A stretch of DNA of 64,000 bases from an uncultured SAR86 cluster bacterium (GCA_902587545.1 CACILL010000001.1:561391-625390); one strand, 5' to 3'. Counted from the stretch's first letter, positions 10,447 through 26,390 are shown. Made by a program: numbers and translations. Notes: generated from the letters alone by a model not told the origin.

Positions 10447-11778
10447 ATGAAGAAAGTCTTTATCCAAACCCATGGCTGTCAGATGAATGAATACGATTCA
10501 GCCAAAATGCTTGAGTTACTAGGCGAGAAAAGTAATTTTCAAACTACAGAAAATGAGGCAGAAGCAGATTTATTAGTGCTAAATACTTGTTCAATCAGAG
10601 AAAAAGCACAAGAAAGGGTATTTCACCAAGTTGGTCGTTGGAAAGCTTTGAAAGACAATAATCCCAATCTAAAGATTGCCGTTGGTGGGTGTGTTGCAAG
10701 CCAAGAAGGAGAAGCTATTTCTAAAAGAGCTCCTGCAGTAGATATTGTCTTTGGTCCGCAAACTCTGCACAAACTCCCAGATTTGTATGAAGAATCTTCA
10801 AAAGATGGAAAAAGAAAGCTTGATATTTCCTTTCCAAAAATTGAAAAATTTGATCACTTTCCTGAGCCTAGAGCCGAAGGACCTTCCGCTTTTGTTTCTG
10901 TCATGGAAGGATGCAATAAATATTGTTCTTTTTGTGTGGTCCCGCACACCAGAGGGCATGAGGTTAGCAGACCGTTTGATGATATTTTACAAGAAGTGAA
11001 ATCATTGGCGGATCAAGGAGTAAGAGAAATAAATTTTTTAGGACAAAATGTAAACAATTTCAAAGGCGAAAAAGATGGAGAAAAATCCTCTTTAGCGGAA
11101 TTGATTAGAGATGCTGCTCAGATCGATAATATAGATCGTCTAAGATTTACTACCAGTCATCCGTTTGAATTTAAAGATGATCTTGTAGAACTTTACCTTG
11201 ATGTCCCTGAGTTGGTCAGCCATGTACACTTACCGATTCAAAGTGGATCAGACAGGATCTTGAAGTTAATGAGAAGAAGGTATACCAGAGAAAGTTATTT
11301 GGATTTAGTGAATCGTATAAGAGCCAACCGTCCTGACATTAGTTTTTCTTCAGATTTTATAATTGGGTTTCCGGGCGAGACTGAAGAAGACTTTCAAGAT
11401 ACTTTGGATGTCATCGATAGCGTTAAGTTCGATGAATCTTTTAGCTTCATATACAGCCCAAGACCTAATACACCAGCAGCTAAAATGGAAGACGATGTCA
11501 GTCTGGATGAAAAAAAAGAAAGATTGAACATCCTCCAAAATAAGTTAAATAACTATTCCAGTCAGATCAGTCGCAAAATGGTTGGTACCATGGAAAAGTG
11601 TTTAGTCACAGACATTTCAAAGAGGAATCCAGGGGAATTCCAAGCCAGAACGGAAAATAATCGTGTCGTTAATTTCTCTTCAGCTAAAAACATGATTGGA
11701 AGTTTTGTTGATTTAGAAATTGTTGAGGCAAAACCAAACTCTCTTAGAGGTAATTTTACTGGAGGTACAATAAATTAA
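10447..11778 (+). CDS. miaB: tRNA-i6A37 methylthiotransferase
   Basis: 443 aa. N-terminal Cys triad, radical-SAM [11 protein letters not shown] motif, C-terminal TRAM domain. Heads the conserved miaB-ybeZ-ybeY-corC block. Confidence 0.93.
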   Translation: MKKVFIQTHGCQMNEYDSAKMLELLGEKSNFQTTENEAEADLLVLNTCSIREKAQERVFHQVGRWKALKDNNPNLKIAVGGCVASQEGEAISKRAPAVDIVFGPQTLHKLPDLYEESSKDGKRKLDISFPKIEKFDHFPEPRAEGPSAFVSVMEGCNKYCSFCVVPHTRGHEVSRPFDDILQEVKSLADQGVREINFLGQNVNNFKGEKDGEKSSLAELIRDAAQIDNIDRLRFTTSHPFEFKDDLVELYLDVPELVSHVHLPIQSGSDRILKLMRRRYTRESYLDLVNRIRANRPDISFSSDFIIGFPGETEEDFQDTLDVIDSVKFDESFSFIYSPRPNTPAAKMEDDVSLDEKKERLNILQNKLNNYSSQISRKMVGTMEKCLVTDISKRNPGEFQARTENNRVVNFSSAKNMIGSFVDLEIVEAKPNSLRGNFTGGTIN

Positions 11779-11781
11779 TTT

Positions 11782-12756
11782 ATGTCTGAATTGAAATTCA
11801 AACTTGAATCGGACGATTCAAAAAAACTATCAATAATTTGCGGTCCAGTTAACTCTAACTTATCAAAGATAGAGGATTCTCTTTCAATTAAAATCAAAAA
11901 TAGAGGTAGCTTATTTTCTCTTTCCGGTGAAGATCAAAACATTACAAAAGGTCGACTCGTTATTGAAGAGCTCTTTAGTTTCGCCGACCAGTCAAAAGAC
12001 ATCTCTCCAAAAGAAATCCATTTCTTTATTTCCAAAGCTTTGAATCAGCCAAACGAATCAAAAAACTTTAAATTGGAGTCAAAAAGCTCTTTTTCTCTAA
12101 CAACACCAAAATTAGAGGTCATTCCAAGAAACCAATCTCAAGAAGATTTTATTAACTCCATTTCTTCTCATGATATTTCCTTTGGTATCGGACCAGCCGG
12201 TACTGGAAAAACATATTTAGCTGTTGCGGTTGCTGTGAATTTATTCATTCAGAGGAAAATTAATAAAATTATTTTGACTAGGCCTTTGGTAGAGGCTGGT
12301 GAGAGACTAGGGTTCTTGCCAGGTGATTTAGCTCAAAAAGTAGATCCATACCTGCAGCCGCTCTATGATGCTTTGAATGAAATGTTAGGCTTTGAAACTG
12401 TTAACAAATTCATAGAAAGAGGGAATATTGAATTGGCACCCTTGGCTTATATGAGAGGAAGAACCTTAAACGATGCTTTTTTGATTTTAGATGAAGCTCA
12501 AAACTGTACCTCCATGCAAATGAAAATGTTTTTAACAAGATTGGGTTTCAATTCCAAAGCGGTTGTTACTGGAGATGTTACTCAAATAGACCTACCATCT
12601 AAAAAAATGTCCGGTCTGGCAGATGCTGTAAAGATTTTAGAAGGTCAAAAAGGAATCTCTTTTTTCCGTTTTGCATCCAAAGATGTAGTCAGACACAACC
12701 TGGTACAAAGCATCATAGAAGCTTACGAAAAAAACTCAAAAAATAATGAAGATTGA
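11782..12756 (+). CDS. ybeZ: PhoH-like ATPase
   Basis: 324 aa. P-loop GPAGTGKTYLAVA and the ILDEAQN Walker B region; conserved position after miaB. Confidence 0.9.
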   Translation: MSELKFKLESDDSKKLSIICGPVNSNLSKIEDSLSIKIKNRGSLFSLSGEDQNITKGRLVIEELFSFADQSKDISPKEIHFFISKALNQPNESKNFKLESKSSFSLTTPKLEVIPRNQSQEDFINSISSHDISFGIGPAGTGKTYLAVAVAVNLFIQRKINKIILTRPLVEAGERLGFLPGDLAQKVDPYLQPLYDALNEMLGFETVNKFIERGNIELAPLAYMRGRTLNDAFLILDEAQNCTSMQMKMFLTRLGFNSKAVVTGDVTQIDLPSKKMSGLADAVKILEGQKGISFFRFASKDVVRHNLVQSIIEAYEKNSKNNED

Positions 12757-13207
12757 GCTAATCAACGATCACTACAAAAAAATTCCTGAGCCTTTTAAGA
12801 AAAAGGAAATAAAAAAGCTCATTGATGTAGTCTTAAAAAAGATTGGCTTTGAAGAACTTGAAAATGGTCAAATCAACATAAAATATACATCAGAAGAAGA
12901 AATTAAAATGTTGAATGAGAGGTTTTACAATAAAGGGGGTGTGACAAATGTCTTGGCTTTTGCCAATAACCAAGAAACTCCTGAAAGCAAAGAAAGATTA
13001 ATTGGTGAGATTGCCATATGTATCAGTCAAATCGAAAAAGAAGCAAAAATGTATAAAAAAGCTGTCGAGACTAGGTTGAAACACATGATTGTCCATGGCG
13101 TGCTTCATCTTTTCGGCTTTGATCATCAAAAAAAAGGCGACCAAAAAGAGATGGAAAAGGTAGAAGATGATATTATCACCAGCTGTCTTGGCGAGAGACC
13201 TTATTAA
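12746..13207 (+). CDS. ybeY: rRNA maturation endoribonuclease YbeY
   Basis: 153 aa. Zinc-binding HGVLHLFGFDH motif. Overlaps ybeZ by 11 nt. Confidence 0.92.
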   Translation: MKIELINDHYKKIPEPFKKKEIKKLIDVVLKKIGFEELENGQINIKYTSEEEIKMLNERFYNKGGVTNVLAFANNQETPESKERLIGEIAICISQIEKEAKMYKKAVETRLKHMIVHGVLHLFGFDHQKKGDQKEMEKVEDDIITSCLGERPY

Positions 13208-13210
13208 ATA

Positions 13211-14113
13211 ATGAAAGAAGAACCTCCAAGTATAAGTGCCCAACCGGAAAAGTTGGGCTTAATACAACGTATTAAAAGCTTTTTTAGGGATTTCCACATT
13301 AGGATTTCCTTCAAACCATCAAATCAAGAAGAGTTAACCTCTGTTTTAAGAGATGCAGAGGAAAACAATCTCATTGATAAAGGAGTTTTGGATATGATGG
13401 AAGAAACCATTGATTTTTCCTCTACTCCAGTAAAAGAAGTTATGGTGCCAAAAACTCAAGTTATATCCATCAAAGAAACAGAAGGTTTAGCTGAATTTTT
13501 GCCTCGAATTCTTGAATCAGCTCATTCAAGATTTCCAGTTTTTGATGAGCCTCAAGAAAAAATAAAAGGTATCTTGCTGGCAAAAGATTTATTGAAATTT
13601 GGTCCTGGTCTATTAGGACAAGACGAAAATATAAATTTCGATTTGCCCCAGATTTTAAGGCCAATTAATTTCATTCCTGAAAGTAAAAAAATCAACATTC
13701 TCTTGGAAGAATTCAAAACAAACCGAAGTCACATGGCTGCAGTTGTAGACGAGTTTGGTGAAATCAGTGGGATCGTTACTATTGAAGATGTTTTAGAAGA
13801 AATTGTTGGAGAAATTGTTGATGAAACTGATATCAGTGAATCTGAAGATATTATTCAATTAACCGATAATGAGTTTAATGTTTCAGCCTTAACCGAGATT
13901 GAAACTTTCAACGATCGCTTTTCTTCAAGTTTTGAGGCAACAGACTTTGATACCATCGGTGGAATTGTCTTAAACGCTTTTGGAAAAATTCCTTTAGTAA
14001 ATGACTCAATCGAAATACAGAATTTTCACTTCACTGTTTTAGCAGCAAACAAAAGACAAATTTTAAAATTGAGAATTAAGGTTTTAGAATCAACACCCGA
14101 TGAACCTAACTAG
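13211..14113 (+). CDS. corC: CBS-domain Mg/Co efflux-associated protein CorC/YbeX
   Basis: 300 aa. Tandem CBS region followed by a CorC_HlyC-type C-terminal domain; conserved position after ybeY. Confidence 0.85.
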   Translation: MKEEPPSISAQPEKLGLIQRIKSFFRDFHIRISFKPSNQEELTSVLRDAEENNLIDKGVLDMMEETIDFSSTPVKEVMVPKTQVISIKETEGLAEFLPRILESAHSRFPVFDEPQEKIKGILLAKDLLKFGPGLLGQDENINFDLPQILRPINFIPESKKINILLEEFKTNRSHMAAVVDEFGEISGIVTIEDVLEEIVGEIVDETDISESEDIIQLTDNEFNVSALTEIETFNDRFSSSFEATDFDTIGGIVLNAFGKIPLVNDSIEIQNFHFTVLAANKRQILKLRIKVLESTPDEPN

Positions 14114-15008
14114 AATTTTCTTCAAGAATTTTCTTTAGCTCCGCGCCGAGCAATTCGACATCTTGGATGCCCCCATAATTAGGTCTTATGACTATTGCTA
14201 TTTCTCTGTGAGGGCCAGATTCGTCAAGATGTAAATTTTTAAGGTCTGGATTACCTGCCATCAACTGACTAATAGCCATCCTCGGCACCAAAGTAGTACC
14301 CATGCCGCTTTTTACAAATTGTATTAGTGTATTTAAAGAAGAGGCTTTGAAAGAAATATTGCTTGATTGCTTCGTCATTTTGCACGCAGACAATATGTGA
14401 TCTTTGAGGCAATGTCCTTCTTCTAGTAATAGTAATTCAGATCGATCAAGTTCATTGGCTTTTATTTCATTGTCCTTAGAGCGAGCATCATTTTTCTTAG
14501 TAATCCAAAAAAAGTCTTCAGCCCAAAATTTTATCGGTATTAGACCTTGAAGCTTGAAGGGCAGTGCAAGAATGGCCATATCCAAATCGCCATTTTTGAC
14601 TTTATCAATGAGATCGTTTGACTGACCTTCAGAAATATTTAAATTCAATTTAGGAAATTTAGTACTCAAAGACTTGATGGCGTATGGCATCAAAAAGGGA
14701 CTTATGGTTGGGATGACTCCAAGAGATATAGGGTGTGAAAGCGGTTGTGAATTATTTTCAGAAATTTTTTGAATGTCCTCCAGTTGCAACTTAATGCTTT
14801 TATATTTCTTTAAAATTTCTTCACCCAATTTAGTAACAATTACTTTTTTATTGTTTCTTTCAAAAATTTCAAAACCCAGTTGTTTTTCCATTTCTGATAT
14901 AGCATTACTCAAGGTGGAGGCGGAGACAAAACACTTATCTGCAGCATTTTTAAAATGCATCTCTTTTTCAACCGCCAAGGCATAATTTATTTGCTTGATA
15001 CTAACCAT
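14106..15008 (-). CDS. oxyR: LysR-family peroxide sensor OxyR
   Basis: 300 aa. N-terminal HTH. The segment LLLLEEGHCLKDHILSAC matches the E. coli OxyR redox pair region (C199...C208). Divergent from katG. Confidence 0.85.
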   Translation of the reverse strand: MVSIKQINYALAVEKEMHFKNAADKCFVSASTLSNAISEMEKQLGFEIFERNNKKVIVTKLGEEILKKYKSIKLQLEDIQKISENNSQPLSHPISLGVIPTISPFLMPYAIKSLSTKFPKLNLNISEGQSNDLIDKVKNGDLDMAILALPFKLQGLIPIKFWAEDFFWITKKNDARSKDNEIKANELDRSELLLLEEGHCLKDHILSACKMTKQSSNISFKASSLNTLIQFVKSGMGTTLVPRMAISQLMAGNPDLKNLHLDESGPHREIAIVIRPNYGGIQDVELLGAELKKILEENSS

Positions 15009-15030
15009 TTATGTTCGATTTTTTTGAATA

Positions 15031-15055
15031 TTAAATAAGAAATATACATATTTAA
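15031..15055. promoter_or_regulatory. Interrupted dyad TTAAATA-N11-TATTTAA in the oxyR/katG divergent region (candidate LysR/OxyR operator)
   Basis: 7-bp arms at 15031-15037 and 15049-15055. Two ATAG elements lie one helical turn apart at 15070 and 15080. The AT-rich context makes chance dyads likely. Confidence 0.25.
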
Positions 15056-15114
15056 CAATACATAAAAAGATAGTTTAATATAGGAAGAATTTGTTTTTAT
15101 ATGAGGTGAAATAG

Positions 15115-17261
<2,147 letters not shown>

Positions 17262-17299
17262 CTCTTAGGTCGAAAGTTCTTCTTGGCTTTTAAATAGAA

Positions 17300-17305
17300 T
17301 ATAAT
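17300..17305 (+). promoter_or_regulatory. -10 box TATAAT, 6 nt before the coaD ATG (leaderless-type geometry)
   Basis: TATAAT-gttctt-ATG read directly at 17300-17314; no SD. Confidence 0.4.
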
Positions 17306-17311
17306 GTTCTT

Positions 17312-17791
17312 ATGTCTCAAAAAGCCTTATACCCCGGAACTTTCGACCCAATCACCAAAGGACATATAGATTTAGTCGAACGAGCTTGCAAGCTTTTCGA
17401 TAAAGTCGTCCTTGCCATAGCAGCAAGTGAAGCCAAAAGTCCCTTGTTCACTCTTGAAGAAAGAATTGATATCTCAAAAAGGATTTTCAAGGGAAACGAT
17501 CAAGTAGAGATTATTGGTTTCTCTGGGTTATTAGTGGATTTGGCAAAAGATAACGACGCTACTATTCTAATTAGAGGACTTCGAGTTGTAGCTGATTTTG
17601 AATATGAGTTCCAATTGGCAAATATGAATCGAGCTATGATGCCAGAACTTGAAAGCGTGTTTCTGACACCTGTGACAGAATACAGCTTTGTTAGTTCAAG
17701 TTTGGTGAAAGAGATTTGTAAAATGGGCGGCGACGTTTCTTCTTTTGTGGATCCCATTTCTTTGGAAGAAATGAAAAAGAAATTTGGCTAA
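17312..17791 (+). CDS. coaD: Phosphopantetheine adenylyltransferase
   Basis: 159 aa. [15 protein letters not shown] nucleotidyltransferase motif. Confidence 0.94.
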   Translation: MSQKALYPGTFDPITKGHIDLVERACKLFDKVVLAIAASEAKSPLFTLEERIDISKRIFKGNDQVEIIGFSGLLVDLAKDNDATILIRGLRVVADFEYEFQLANMNRAMMPELESVFLTPVTEYSFVSSSLVKEICKMGGDVSSFVDPISLEEMKKKFG

Positions 17792-18603
17792 CTTTGACAG
17801 TTAGTACAGTAAACAGTTGATCTATTTCCTAGTCTAATTTCTTTTAATTCTTTTTTACAATTAAAGCAATCTTGCTTTCCTCTGCCATAAACTTCTAATT
17901 TTTTCTTGAAATACCCTGGAGCCTCTTCAGCATTACTATAATCCTTCAGGGTTGTTCCGCCTTCAGTAATTGCTTCTTTCAATACTTCAACAATTTTAGA
18001 AGATAATACTTCATATTGATTTTTAGTTACTTTGCTTGCCTGCTTTGTAGGTCTAATACCCGCCTTAAATAAGGCTTCATTGGCATAAATGTTTCCAACA
18101 CCAACCACAATTTTTGCATTCATAATGAATTGTTTGACTGCCACAGATTTTTTTCTAGATTTTTCAAATAAATATAATCCATTGAAACTATTCCCTAAAG
18201 GTTCTGGACCTAGGTCTTTTAATAATCTATGTTCCAGAGGATTTTGCTTGGTTAAATCCAGAACGCCAAACTTTCTAATATCGGTATATCTCAATGTCCA
18301 GTTATCAGAGAAATTTAAATCCCAGTGCTCATGTTTCTTTGGTGATACTTTCTTGTTGAATACTCTTAACTTGCCAGACATACCTAAATGAATGATCAAG
18401 GCGCATTCATCGAGTTGAAAAATTATGTATTTGCCGCGCCTAAAGGCGTTGTTAATTTTTTTGCCCTTAACTAATCTATTTATGTTTGTAGGAATTAGCC
18501 AACGCAATTTTTTCTCGCGTGACACAAAAGAGATTATTTTTTTATTGAGAACTTTTTTTTCTATACCCCTTAGGGTTGTTTCAACCTCAGGCAGTTCTGG
18601 CAT
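17788..18603 (-). CDS. mutM: Formamidopyrimidine-DNA glycosylase
   Basis: 271 aa. N-terminal MPELPEVE (catalytic Pro2/Glu3) and C-terminal zinc finger CFNC...CTNC. Confidence 0.93.
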   Translation of the reverse strand: MPELPEVETTLRGIEKKVLNKKIISFVSREKKLRWLIPTNINRLVKGKKINNAFRRGKYIIFQLDECALIIHLGMSGKLRVFNKKVSPKKHEHWDLNFSDNWTLRYTDIRKFGVLDLTKQNPLEHRLLKDLGPEPLGNSFNGLYLFEKSRKKSVAVKQFIMNAKIVVGVGNIYANEALFKAGIRPTKQASKVTKNQYEVLSSKIVEVLKEAITEGGTTLKDYSNAEEAPGYFKKKLEVYGRGKQDCFNCKKELKEIRLGNRSTVYCTNCQS

Positions 18604-19949
18604 TAACTATCTAGATAACCACTAATCTCATAGATGTCTGCTGGCGATAAAATACCTGAAGCTAATTTCAATTCTAAAGTACTAATGATGTAATCGTACT
18701 TAGCAGCAATGAGATCTCTTTGCGCTGAAAAATAGTTTTTTTCTGCGTTTAACAAATCAACAATATTTCTAGTATTTTCTTCATAACCAACCATTGTTGC
18801 TTTGAGCGCAAAATTTGAGGATTCTAAGGAAGCTTTCCTAGCATTCACATTTGCTAAATTGGTCAATACCGAAGTGAATTTTGTTTTTACGTCCCTAATT
18901 ACAAATCTTTCAGTAAGAAGTTCTTGTTGATCTGCTTGCTCTGCTAAGGCATTAGCTTCTCTTCTTTCCGCATGCAACAAGCCACCTGTAACAATTGGCC
19001 AATTAAATTCCAAACTGTATCTAGTTTGCTCAATCCCGTTTGGACCAAAAGTAGCACCATTCTGTGGATCGAAACCAACGATACCTCTTGAGTTATTTTG
19101 AGTAATGCTAGCTACTAAGTCTATATCTGGGAAATGAGAAGCAAGTTTTGCTTGCGAATTTTTCCTAGCTGCCGTTGCGTTTAACTTAGATGCTTTCAAG
19201 GTAAAACTATTTGCCAAAGCCAAATCTGCCCATTGATCTTGTTCTACTGGATCAGGCTTACTCACAGGAAAATCATCATTTAAATCTTTTATGTCAGGAG
19301 CATCACCTATGATTGAGATCATTGCCTCTCTGGCAAATTCAAGTTGTCCTTCAGAAGCAATTTTTGAAACTCTTGCTAAATCATAAAAGGCTTGGGCTTC
19401 TTGAAATTCAGATTTAGAGGATACGCCTTCTTCGTAAAGTCGTTTGGTTCGATCTCTTTGTTTTTTAATTGACTGTTCTTCTAATCTTGCGACTTCAAGA
19501 TTTTTTTTAGCTTTTAAAAGATTGAAATAAATGTTGGATATTCTGATGATGGTTTCTTGTTGTGAAAGGGCGAATTTTGCTTCTGCAGCTTCGCCAAGTG
19601 CTTTACCTTGAGAAAATTGAAACCATGTATCAACTCTAAAGATTGGTTGAATCAAATTAGCTGAGTAATAATTAGAGTTGCTGCCTTGGGTATCAGTAAA
19701 TAATGAAGTATTTTCAGTATTTTTATTTTCGTTCCAAGTAGTTCCCGCTCTAAGAGAAAACTTAGGCAGCAAGCCTGCCATGGCTTTATTTTTTATCTCT
19801 TTATTAGCATTAAATGTTGCTTCATCAATTTTCAGCTGCGGATCGTTCGTAAGAGCAAGCTCATAGACATCTGCCAAAGTCGCCGTATGAGCAAAGGAGC
19901 CTAATAATAAAAGGGATAAAGTTATTAGAAATGATGCAAATTTTTCCAA
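18603..19949 (-). CDS. tolC: TolC-family outer-membrane channel
   Basis: ORF 18603..20030 with the two-repeat OEP architecture (LADVYELALTNDPQLK...). I prefer the TTG start at 19949, which is preceded by AGAGGAG 6 nt upstream and gives MEKFASFLITLSLLLLGSFAHTA as the signal peptide. Confidence 0.8.
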   Translation of the reverse strand: MEKFASFLITLSLLLLGSFAHTATLADVYELALTNDPQLKIDEATFNANKEIKNKAMAGLLPKFSLRAGTTWNENKNTENTSLFTDTQGSNSNYYSANLIQPIFRVDTWFQFSQGKALGEAAEAKFALSQQETIIRISNIYFNLLKAKKNLEVARLEEQSIKKQRDRTKRLYEEGVSSKSEFQEAQAFYDLARVSKIASEGQLEFAREAMISIIGDAPDIKDLNDDFPVSKPDPVEQDQWADLALANSFTLKASKLNATAARKNSQAKLASHFPDIDLVASITQNNSRGIVGFDPQNGATFGPNGIEQTRYSLEFNWPIVTGGLLHAERREANALAEQADQQELLTERFVIRDVKTKFTSVLTNLANVNARKASLESSNFALKATMVGYEENTRNIVDLLNAEKNYFSAQRDLIAAKYDYIISTLELKLASGILSPADIYEISGYLDS

Positions 19950-20021
19950 AAGATGCTCCTCTTGAGTTAAATTATGATTTGGAATGACATGATAATTTTT
20001 TGTAACCTTTTTTACCATTAA

Positions 20022-20027
20022 AATAAT
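20022..20027 (+). promoter_or_regulatory. -10-like AATAAT, 7 nt before the thiC GTG
   Basis: AATAAT-caaataa-GTG at 20022-20037. A GTG start makes true leaderless translation less likely. Confidence 0.25.
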
Positions 20028-20034
20028 CAAATAA

Positions 20035-21792
<1,758 letters not shown>

Positions 21793-21794
21793 AG

Positions 21795-22271
21795 ATGAAA
21801 CAACAAGGCGATCAAATTTCAGATGCTACTCTGAGAAAATTAGGCTCTGAGGGCATCGATTCTGTCCAATTAAACGAATACTCTAAAGACAAAAAGTTAG
21901 TGCTTATTGGAGTTCCTGGAGCGTTTACCCCTACTTGTTCGGTAAATCATGTCCCTGGATTTATTGAAAAAGCAGATGAAATTCTTGCTAAAGGAGTAGA
22001 TGAAATAATCTGTATTTCGGTAACCAATCCATGGGTTATGGATGCTTGGGGAAAAAATTTAAACGCAGATAAAATCACCATGTTGTCAGACGGAAACTGC
22101 GAATTCACTGAAAGTATGGGACTCATTATGGACGGCAGCGGCTTTGGACTTGGGAAAGTTTCATCGAGATATGCTGCTATCGTCGAAGACGGGAAGATAA
22201 ATTGCTTACTTGCAGAAAAAGGCGGTGCATTTGAAGTAAGCAGTGCAGAAAATATTCTAGAATACTTATAA
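21795..22271 (+). CDS. Peroxiredoxin, Prx5-like subfamily
   Basis: 158 aa. PGAFTPTCS peroxidatic-Cys motif characteristic of Prx5-type peroxiredoxins. Confidence 0.85.
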   Translation: MKQQGDQISDATLRKLGSEGIDSVQLNEYSKDKKLVLIGVPGAFTPTCSVNHVPGFIEKADEILAKGVDEIICISVTNPWVMDAWGKNLNADKITMLSDGNCEFTESMGLIMDGSGFGLGKVSSRYAAIVEDGKINCLLAEKGGAFEVSSAENILEYL

Positions 22272-22273
22272 GT

Positions 22274-24169
22274 TTGGCTAATAGAGACTATACATCTGAA
22301 TCCATTGAGGTGCTTTCGGGTCTAGAGCCCGTTAGAAAAAGGCCTGGAATGTATACCGATACAACCAGTCCTAATCACTTGGTGATGGAAGTAATTGATA
22401 ACAGTGTGGATGAGGCTTTAGCAGGTTACGCTAAAGAAATTTCAGTTGTTTTAAATAAAGATTTTTCCGTGTCTGTCGAAGATGATGGTAGAGGTATGCC
22501 AGTTGATATTCATCCAGAAGAAAAAGTACCAGGCGTAGAACTAATTTTTTCAAGATTGCATGCCGGGGCTAAGTTTTCAAACAAAGATTATGTTTTTTCT
22601 GGAGGCCTTCACGGTGTCGGTGTTTCTGTTGTAAATGCTCTTTCGACCTATCTTGATGCGGAAATCAAACGAGACGGAAAAAAGTATGAAATTAAATTTA
22701 AAGATAGCGTAAAGAAAAAGGATCTAAAGGTTATAGATAGTGTTGGACAAAGAAATTCAGGAACAAAAATTTTATTCAAAGCAGATCCATCATTTTTTGA
22801 TACCGAAAAAATTTCAGGGAAATATCTTTCTAATTCTTTGAAAGCAAAAGCCGTTCTTTGCCCAGGTCTTAAAATAAAATTTAAGGATGAAGTTAATAAG
22901 ACAAAAGAAGAGTGGTGTTTCGTTGATGGGCTTGGAAAATATTTAAGTACCTCGCTAGGCGAAGGCGAATATCTGCCTGAAGAACCTATCGAAGGAGAGT
23001 TTGAGGATGAGGAAAATTCACTTGCTTGGGCGGTGGCTTGGGAATTACGAGATCAAGATAGTATTACTGAAAGTTATGTGAACCTAATTCCTACCATTCA
23101 AGGCGGCACACATGTTGCTGGGATGCGAACCGGAATAACCGATGCCTTAAAAGAATTTTGTGAATATCGAAATTTAATTCCCAAAGGCGTAAAAGTTACT
23201 GCGGAAGATGTCTGGAAAAATGCCTCTTATGTTCTTTCCGCAAAACTAAAGGACCCACAATTTTCTGGGCAGACCAAAGAGAAACTTTCTTCAAAAGATT
23301 TTCAAACTATTGCAGCGAATATTACAAGAGATGCTTTTGCCATTTGGCTTAATAAGGAAACAGAACTCGCTGAAAGAATCGCAAACATTGCAATCGATAA
23401 CGCACATAAAAGAGTCAAGGAAAGTAAATCTGTAGAGAGAAAAAAAGTTACCAAAGGAGTGACTCTTCCAGGAAAACTTTCCGATTGCGTTTCATCTAAT
23501 TACGAAGAAACCGAGTTGTTTTTAGTAGAGGGAGATTCTGCCGGGGGTTCAGCGAAACAAGCTAGGGATAGAAACTTCCAAGCTGTTATGGCTTTAAAAG
23601 GTAAAATTTTAAACACTTGGGAAGTTGATACCGATGCGGTAAACCAATCACAAGAGGTAAAGGACATTGGCATGGCAATTGGATTACAACCAGGATGTAG
23701 AGTCCTGGATGGTCTTAGATACGGCAAAATATGTATCTTGGCAGATGCAGACTCTGATGGTCTACACATTGCAACGTTGATTTGTGCTTTATTTCTCAAA
23801 CATTTTAGACCTCTGGTAGAAGAAGGCAGGTTGTACGTAGCCCAACCTCCTTTATTCAGAATCGATCAAGGCAAAGATATTTATTATGCCTTGGACGAAA
23901 AAGAAAAGGATGACCTGGTAAAAAAACTTACAGCGCAAAATAAAAGAACCAAAGTTGAAATACAAAGATTCAAAGGTTTGGGTGAAATGAATCCATCTCA
24001 GTTGAAAGAAACTACCATGTCTCAAGATGTAAGAAAATTGCTGCAACTTAAATTAGAAAAAGGAAATAGTGCAACAACGATGTTTAATATGTTGCTCTCT
24101 AAAAAAAGAGCTCCAGATAGAAAAAGTTGGTTAGAAAGTAAAGGAGATTTAGCAAGTATCAATGAGTAA
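22274..24169 (+). CDS. parE: DNA topoisomerase IV subunit B
   Basis: 631 aa. GHKL ATPase plus TOPRIM ([11 protein letters not shown]). Lacks the about 170-aa insertion of proteobacterial GyrB and is immediately followed by parC. Confidence 0.9.
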   Translation: MANRDYTSESIEVLSGLEPVRKRPGMYTDTTSPNHLVMEVIDNSVDEALAGYAKEISVVLNKDFSVSVEDDGRGMPVDIHPEEKVPGVELIFSRLHAGAKFSNKDYVFSGGLHGVGVSVVNALSTYLDAEIKRDGKKYEIKFKDSVKKKDLKVIDSVGQRNSGTKILFKADPSFFDTEKISGKYLSNSLKAKAVLCPGLKIKFKDEVNKTKEEWCFVDGLGKYLSTSLGEGEYLPEEPIEGEFEDEENSLAWAVAWELRDQDSITESYVNLIPTIQGGTHVAGMRTGITDALKEFCEYRNLIPKGVKVTAEDVWKNASYVLSAKLKDPQFSGQTKEKLSSKDFQTIAANITRDAFAIWLNKETELAERIANIAIDNAHKRVKESKSVERKKVTKGVTLPGKLSDCVSSNYEETELFLVEGDSAGGSAKQARDRNFQAVMALKGKILNTWEVDTDAVNQSQEVKDIGMAIGLQPGCRVLDGLRYGKICILADADSDGLHIATLICALFLKHFRPLVEEGRLYVAQPPLFRIDQGKDIYYALDEKEKDDLVKKLTAQNKRTKVEIQRFKGLGEMNPSQLKETTMSQDVRKLLQLKLEKGNSATTMFNMLLSKKRAPDRKSWLESKGDLASINE

Positions 24170-26390
24170 AGAGAAAAGCCTGAGTATTGGCGGCTTTGCA
24201 GAGAAAGCCTATCTCGATTACTCTATGTATGTAATCTTAGATAGAGCTCTACCTTTTATCGGTGACGGCTTAAAGCCGGTTCAAAGGAGAATAATTTACG
24301 CGATGTCCGAAATTGGATTGAAATCTACTTCCAAGTTTAAGAAAAGCGCAAGAACCGTCGGTGAGGTGATAGGTAAATTTCATCCTCATGGAGACAATGC
24401 CGCCTATGAGGCAATGGTCTTAATGGCACAGAATTTCTCTACAAGGTATCCCTTGATAGAAGGACAAGGAAATTGGGGTTCTCTTGATGATCCAAAGAGT
24501 TTCGCTGCAGTAAGGTATACAGAATGTAGGCTTTCAGCTTACGCACAAGTATTGCTCTCGGAATTGTCTCAAGGGACAGTAGACTGGGGTCCTAATTTTG
24601 ATGGTACTTTGATCGAGCCAAGATTTTTATCATCAAGAATTCCAAACGTTTTACTCAATGGTGCTTCCGGTATTGCAGTTGGTATGGCAACAGATATTCC
24701 ACCGCATAATTTAAATGAAGTTGTGGATGCAACTATTTCCCTTATTGACTCCCCTAAACTTTCTGTAAAAGAGCTGTTAAAAATTATTCCAGCTCCTGAC
24801 TTTCCAACCAAGGCAGAAATTATCTCAACACCTGAAGAACTATTGGAAATGTATCAGACCGGAAGGGGGGCAGTTAAGTTAAGAGCAACATATGAAATAG
24901 AAAATGGTGAGGTTGTCATTACAGCTCTTCCATATCAGGTTTCAACGACAAGGATTCTAGAACAGATTGCTGCGCAAATTGATTCAAAAAAAATGAATCT
25001 AATAGAAGATCTTAGAGACGAAAGCGATGGTGAAAACCCGGTAAGAATTATTGTCGTACCAAGATCGAATAGGGTTGATAAAGATGCTTTGATGAGTCAT
25101 CTCTTTGCTACAACAGATTTACAAAAGAATATCAGAGTTAATCTGAATGTGATTGGTTTAAGCGGAAGGCCAAAAGTTTTTGATCTGAGAGAAATTCTAA
25201 AAGAATGGATCACTTTTAGAACACAAACCGTAAAAAGGAGACTGCAACACAGATTAGATTGGCTAAACGATAGATTGCACATTCTTGAAGGTTTGATGAT
25301 TGCTTATCTAAATTTGGATGAGGTAATTAAAATAATCAGAACTAATGACGATCCAAAAAAACAATTAATCAAAAAATTTAAACTCACTGAAATTCAGGCA
25401 AACGCTATTCTTGATATTCGCCTGCGCCAGCTGGCAAAGCTTGAAGAACAAAGCATCATCGAAGAAAGGGATTCATTAAAAGCAGAAGCAAAGGAAATTG
25501 AAAAAATACTTAATTCAGCATCTCGCTTAAAAACTCTTATCAAAAAAGAATTAAAAGAAGACCAGGAAGAATTTGGGGATGAAAGAAACAGCATGCTTGC
25601 CGAGGCTGAAGAAGCAAAAGCTTTTGATGAAAAGGAGCTCATTTCAAACGATCCAATGACTGTGGTTCTATCAGAAAAAGGTTGGATTCGAGCTGCCAAA
25701 GGACATGATGTGGACGTAGAAGGCTTGCAATACAGAGAGGGTGATTCTTATTTATCTTCGTCTTTTGCAAGAAACAGCCAAAATGCAGTTCTATTGGATA
25801 ATTTTGGCAAGGCCTATACTTTACCAATTCATCAATTGCCATCTGCGAGAGGTCAAGGCGACCCAGTTTCAGGAAAGATTAATGCGCAATCCGGAGCAAC
25901 CTTTCCCGGCGTGATTGCAGGATCTGAGGAAACCTTGGCTGTCTTAGCATCTAACTTAGGCTATGGTTTTGTGGTTAGGTTGGGAGATCTGCAAACAAAA
26001 AACAAATCCGGCAAAGCGGCTTTGAATGCAAAGAATGCTAAGCCAATCACACCTAAAATTCTTTCAGCAGTTGAGGAAAATTACATTGCTTCGATTACTC
26101 AAGAAGGCAAAATGTTAATTATTGAGGCAGGCGAATTACCAATTTTAGGAAAAGGTAAGGGTAATAAAATCATTTCAATTGATAAAAAGAAGTTTGAAGC
26201 TAAAGAAGACCAACTCATGTATTTAGTAACTTTTAAAAAAGGAGAGTCCATAAAACTCTACAGCGGTAAACAACACTTTGTTATCAAACCAAATGATTTA
26301 GAAAATTTTCTAGGAAATCGTGGCAGAAAAGGAAACTTCCTTCCTAAAGGTTATCGCAAGGTTGATAAAGTTGAAGTAATCTCTGAGTAG
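24162..26390 (+). CDS. parC: DNA topoisomerase IV subunit A
   Basis: 742 aa. Active-site region [10 protein letters not shown]. Length and adjacency to parE favour ParC over GyrA. Confidence 0.9.
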   Translation: MSKEKSLSIGGFAEKAYLDYSMYVILDRALPFIGDGLKPVQRRIIYAMSEIGLKSTSKFKKSARTVGEVIGKFHPHGDNAAYEAMVLMAQNFSTRYPLIEGQGNWGSLDDPKSFAAVRYTECRLSAYAQVLLSELSQGTVDWGPNFDGTLIEPRFLSSRIPNVLLNGASGIAVGMATDIPPHNLNEVVDATISLIDSPKLSVKELLKIIPAPDFPTKAEIISTPEELLEMYQTGRGAVKLRATYEIENGEVVITALPYQVSTTRILEQIAAQIDSKKMNLIEDLRDESDGENPVRIIVVPRSNRVDKDALMSHLFATTDLQKNIRVNLNVIGLSGRPKVFDLREILKEWITFRTQTVKRRLQHRLDWLNDRLHILEGLMIAYLNLDEVIKIIRTNDDPKKQLIKKFKLTEIQANAILDIRLRQLAKLEEQSIIEERDSLKAEAKEIEKILNSASRLKTLIKKELKEDQEEFGDERNSMLAEAEEAKAFDEKELISNDPMTVVLSEKGWIRAAKGHDVDVEGLQYREGDSYLSSSFARNSQNAVLLDNFGKAYTLPIHQLPSARGQGDPVSGKINAQSGATFPGVIAGSEETLAVLASNLGYGFVVRLGDLQTKNKSGKAALNAKNAKPITPKILSAVEENYIASITQEGKMLIIEAGELPILGKGKGNKIISIDKKKFEAKEDQLMYLVTFKKGESIKLYSGKQHFVIKPNDLENFLGNRGRKGNFLPKGYRKVDKVEVISE

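Noticed and set aside
19950-20030. N-terminal extensions given by the ORF track: tolC to 20030, metK to 1981, ubiB to 9072, mpl from 31035, ACAD to 29323.
   Set aside because: The extra residues have no counterpart in the respective families. Downstream starts align with known N-termini or have better SD or signal-peptide context.
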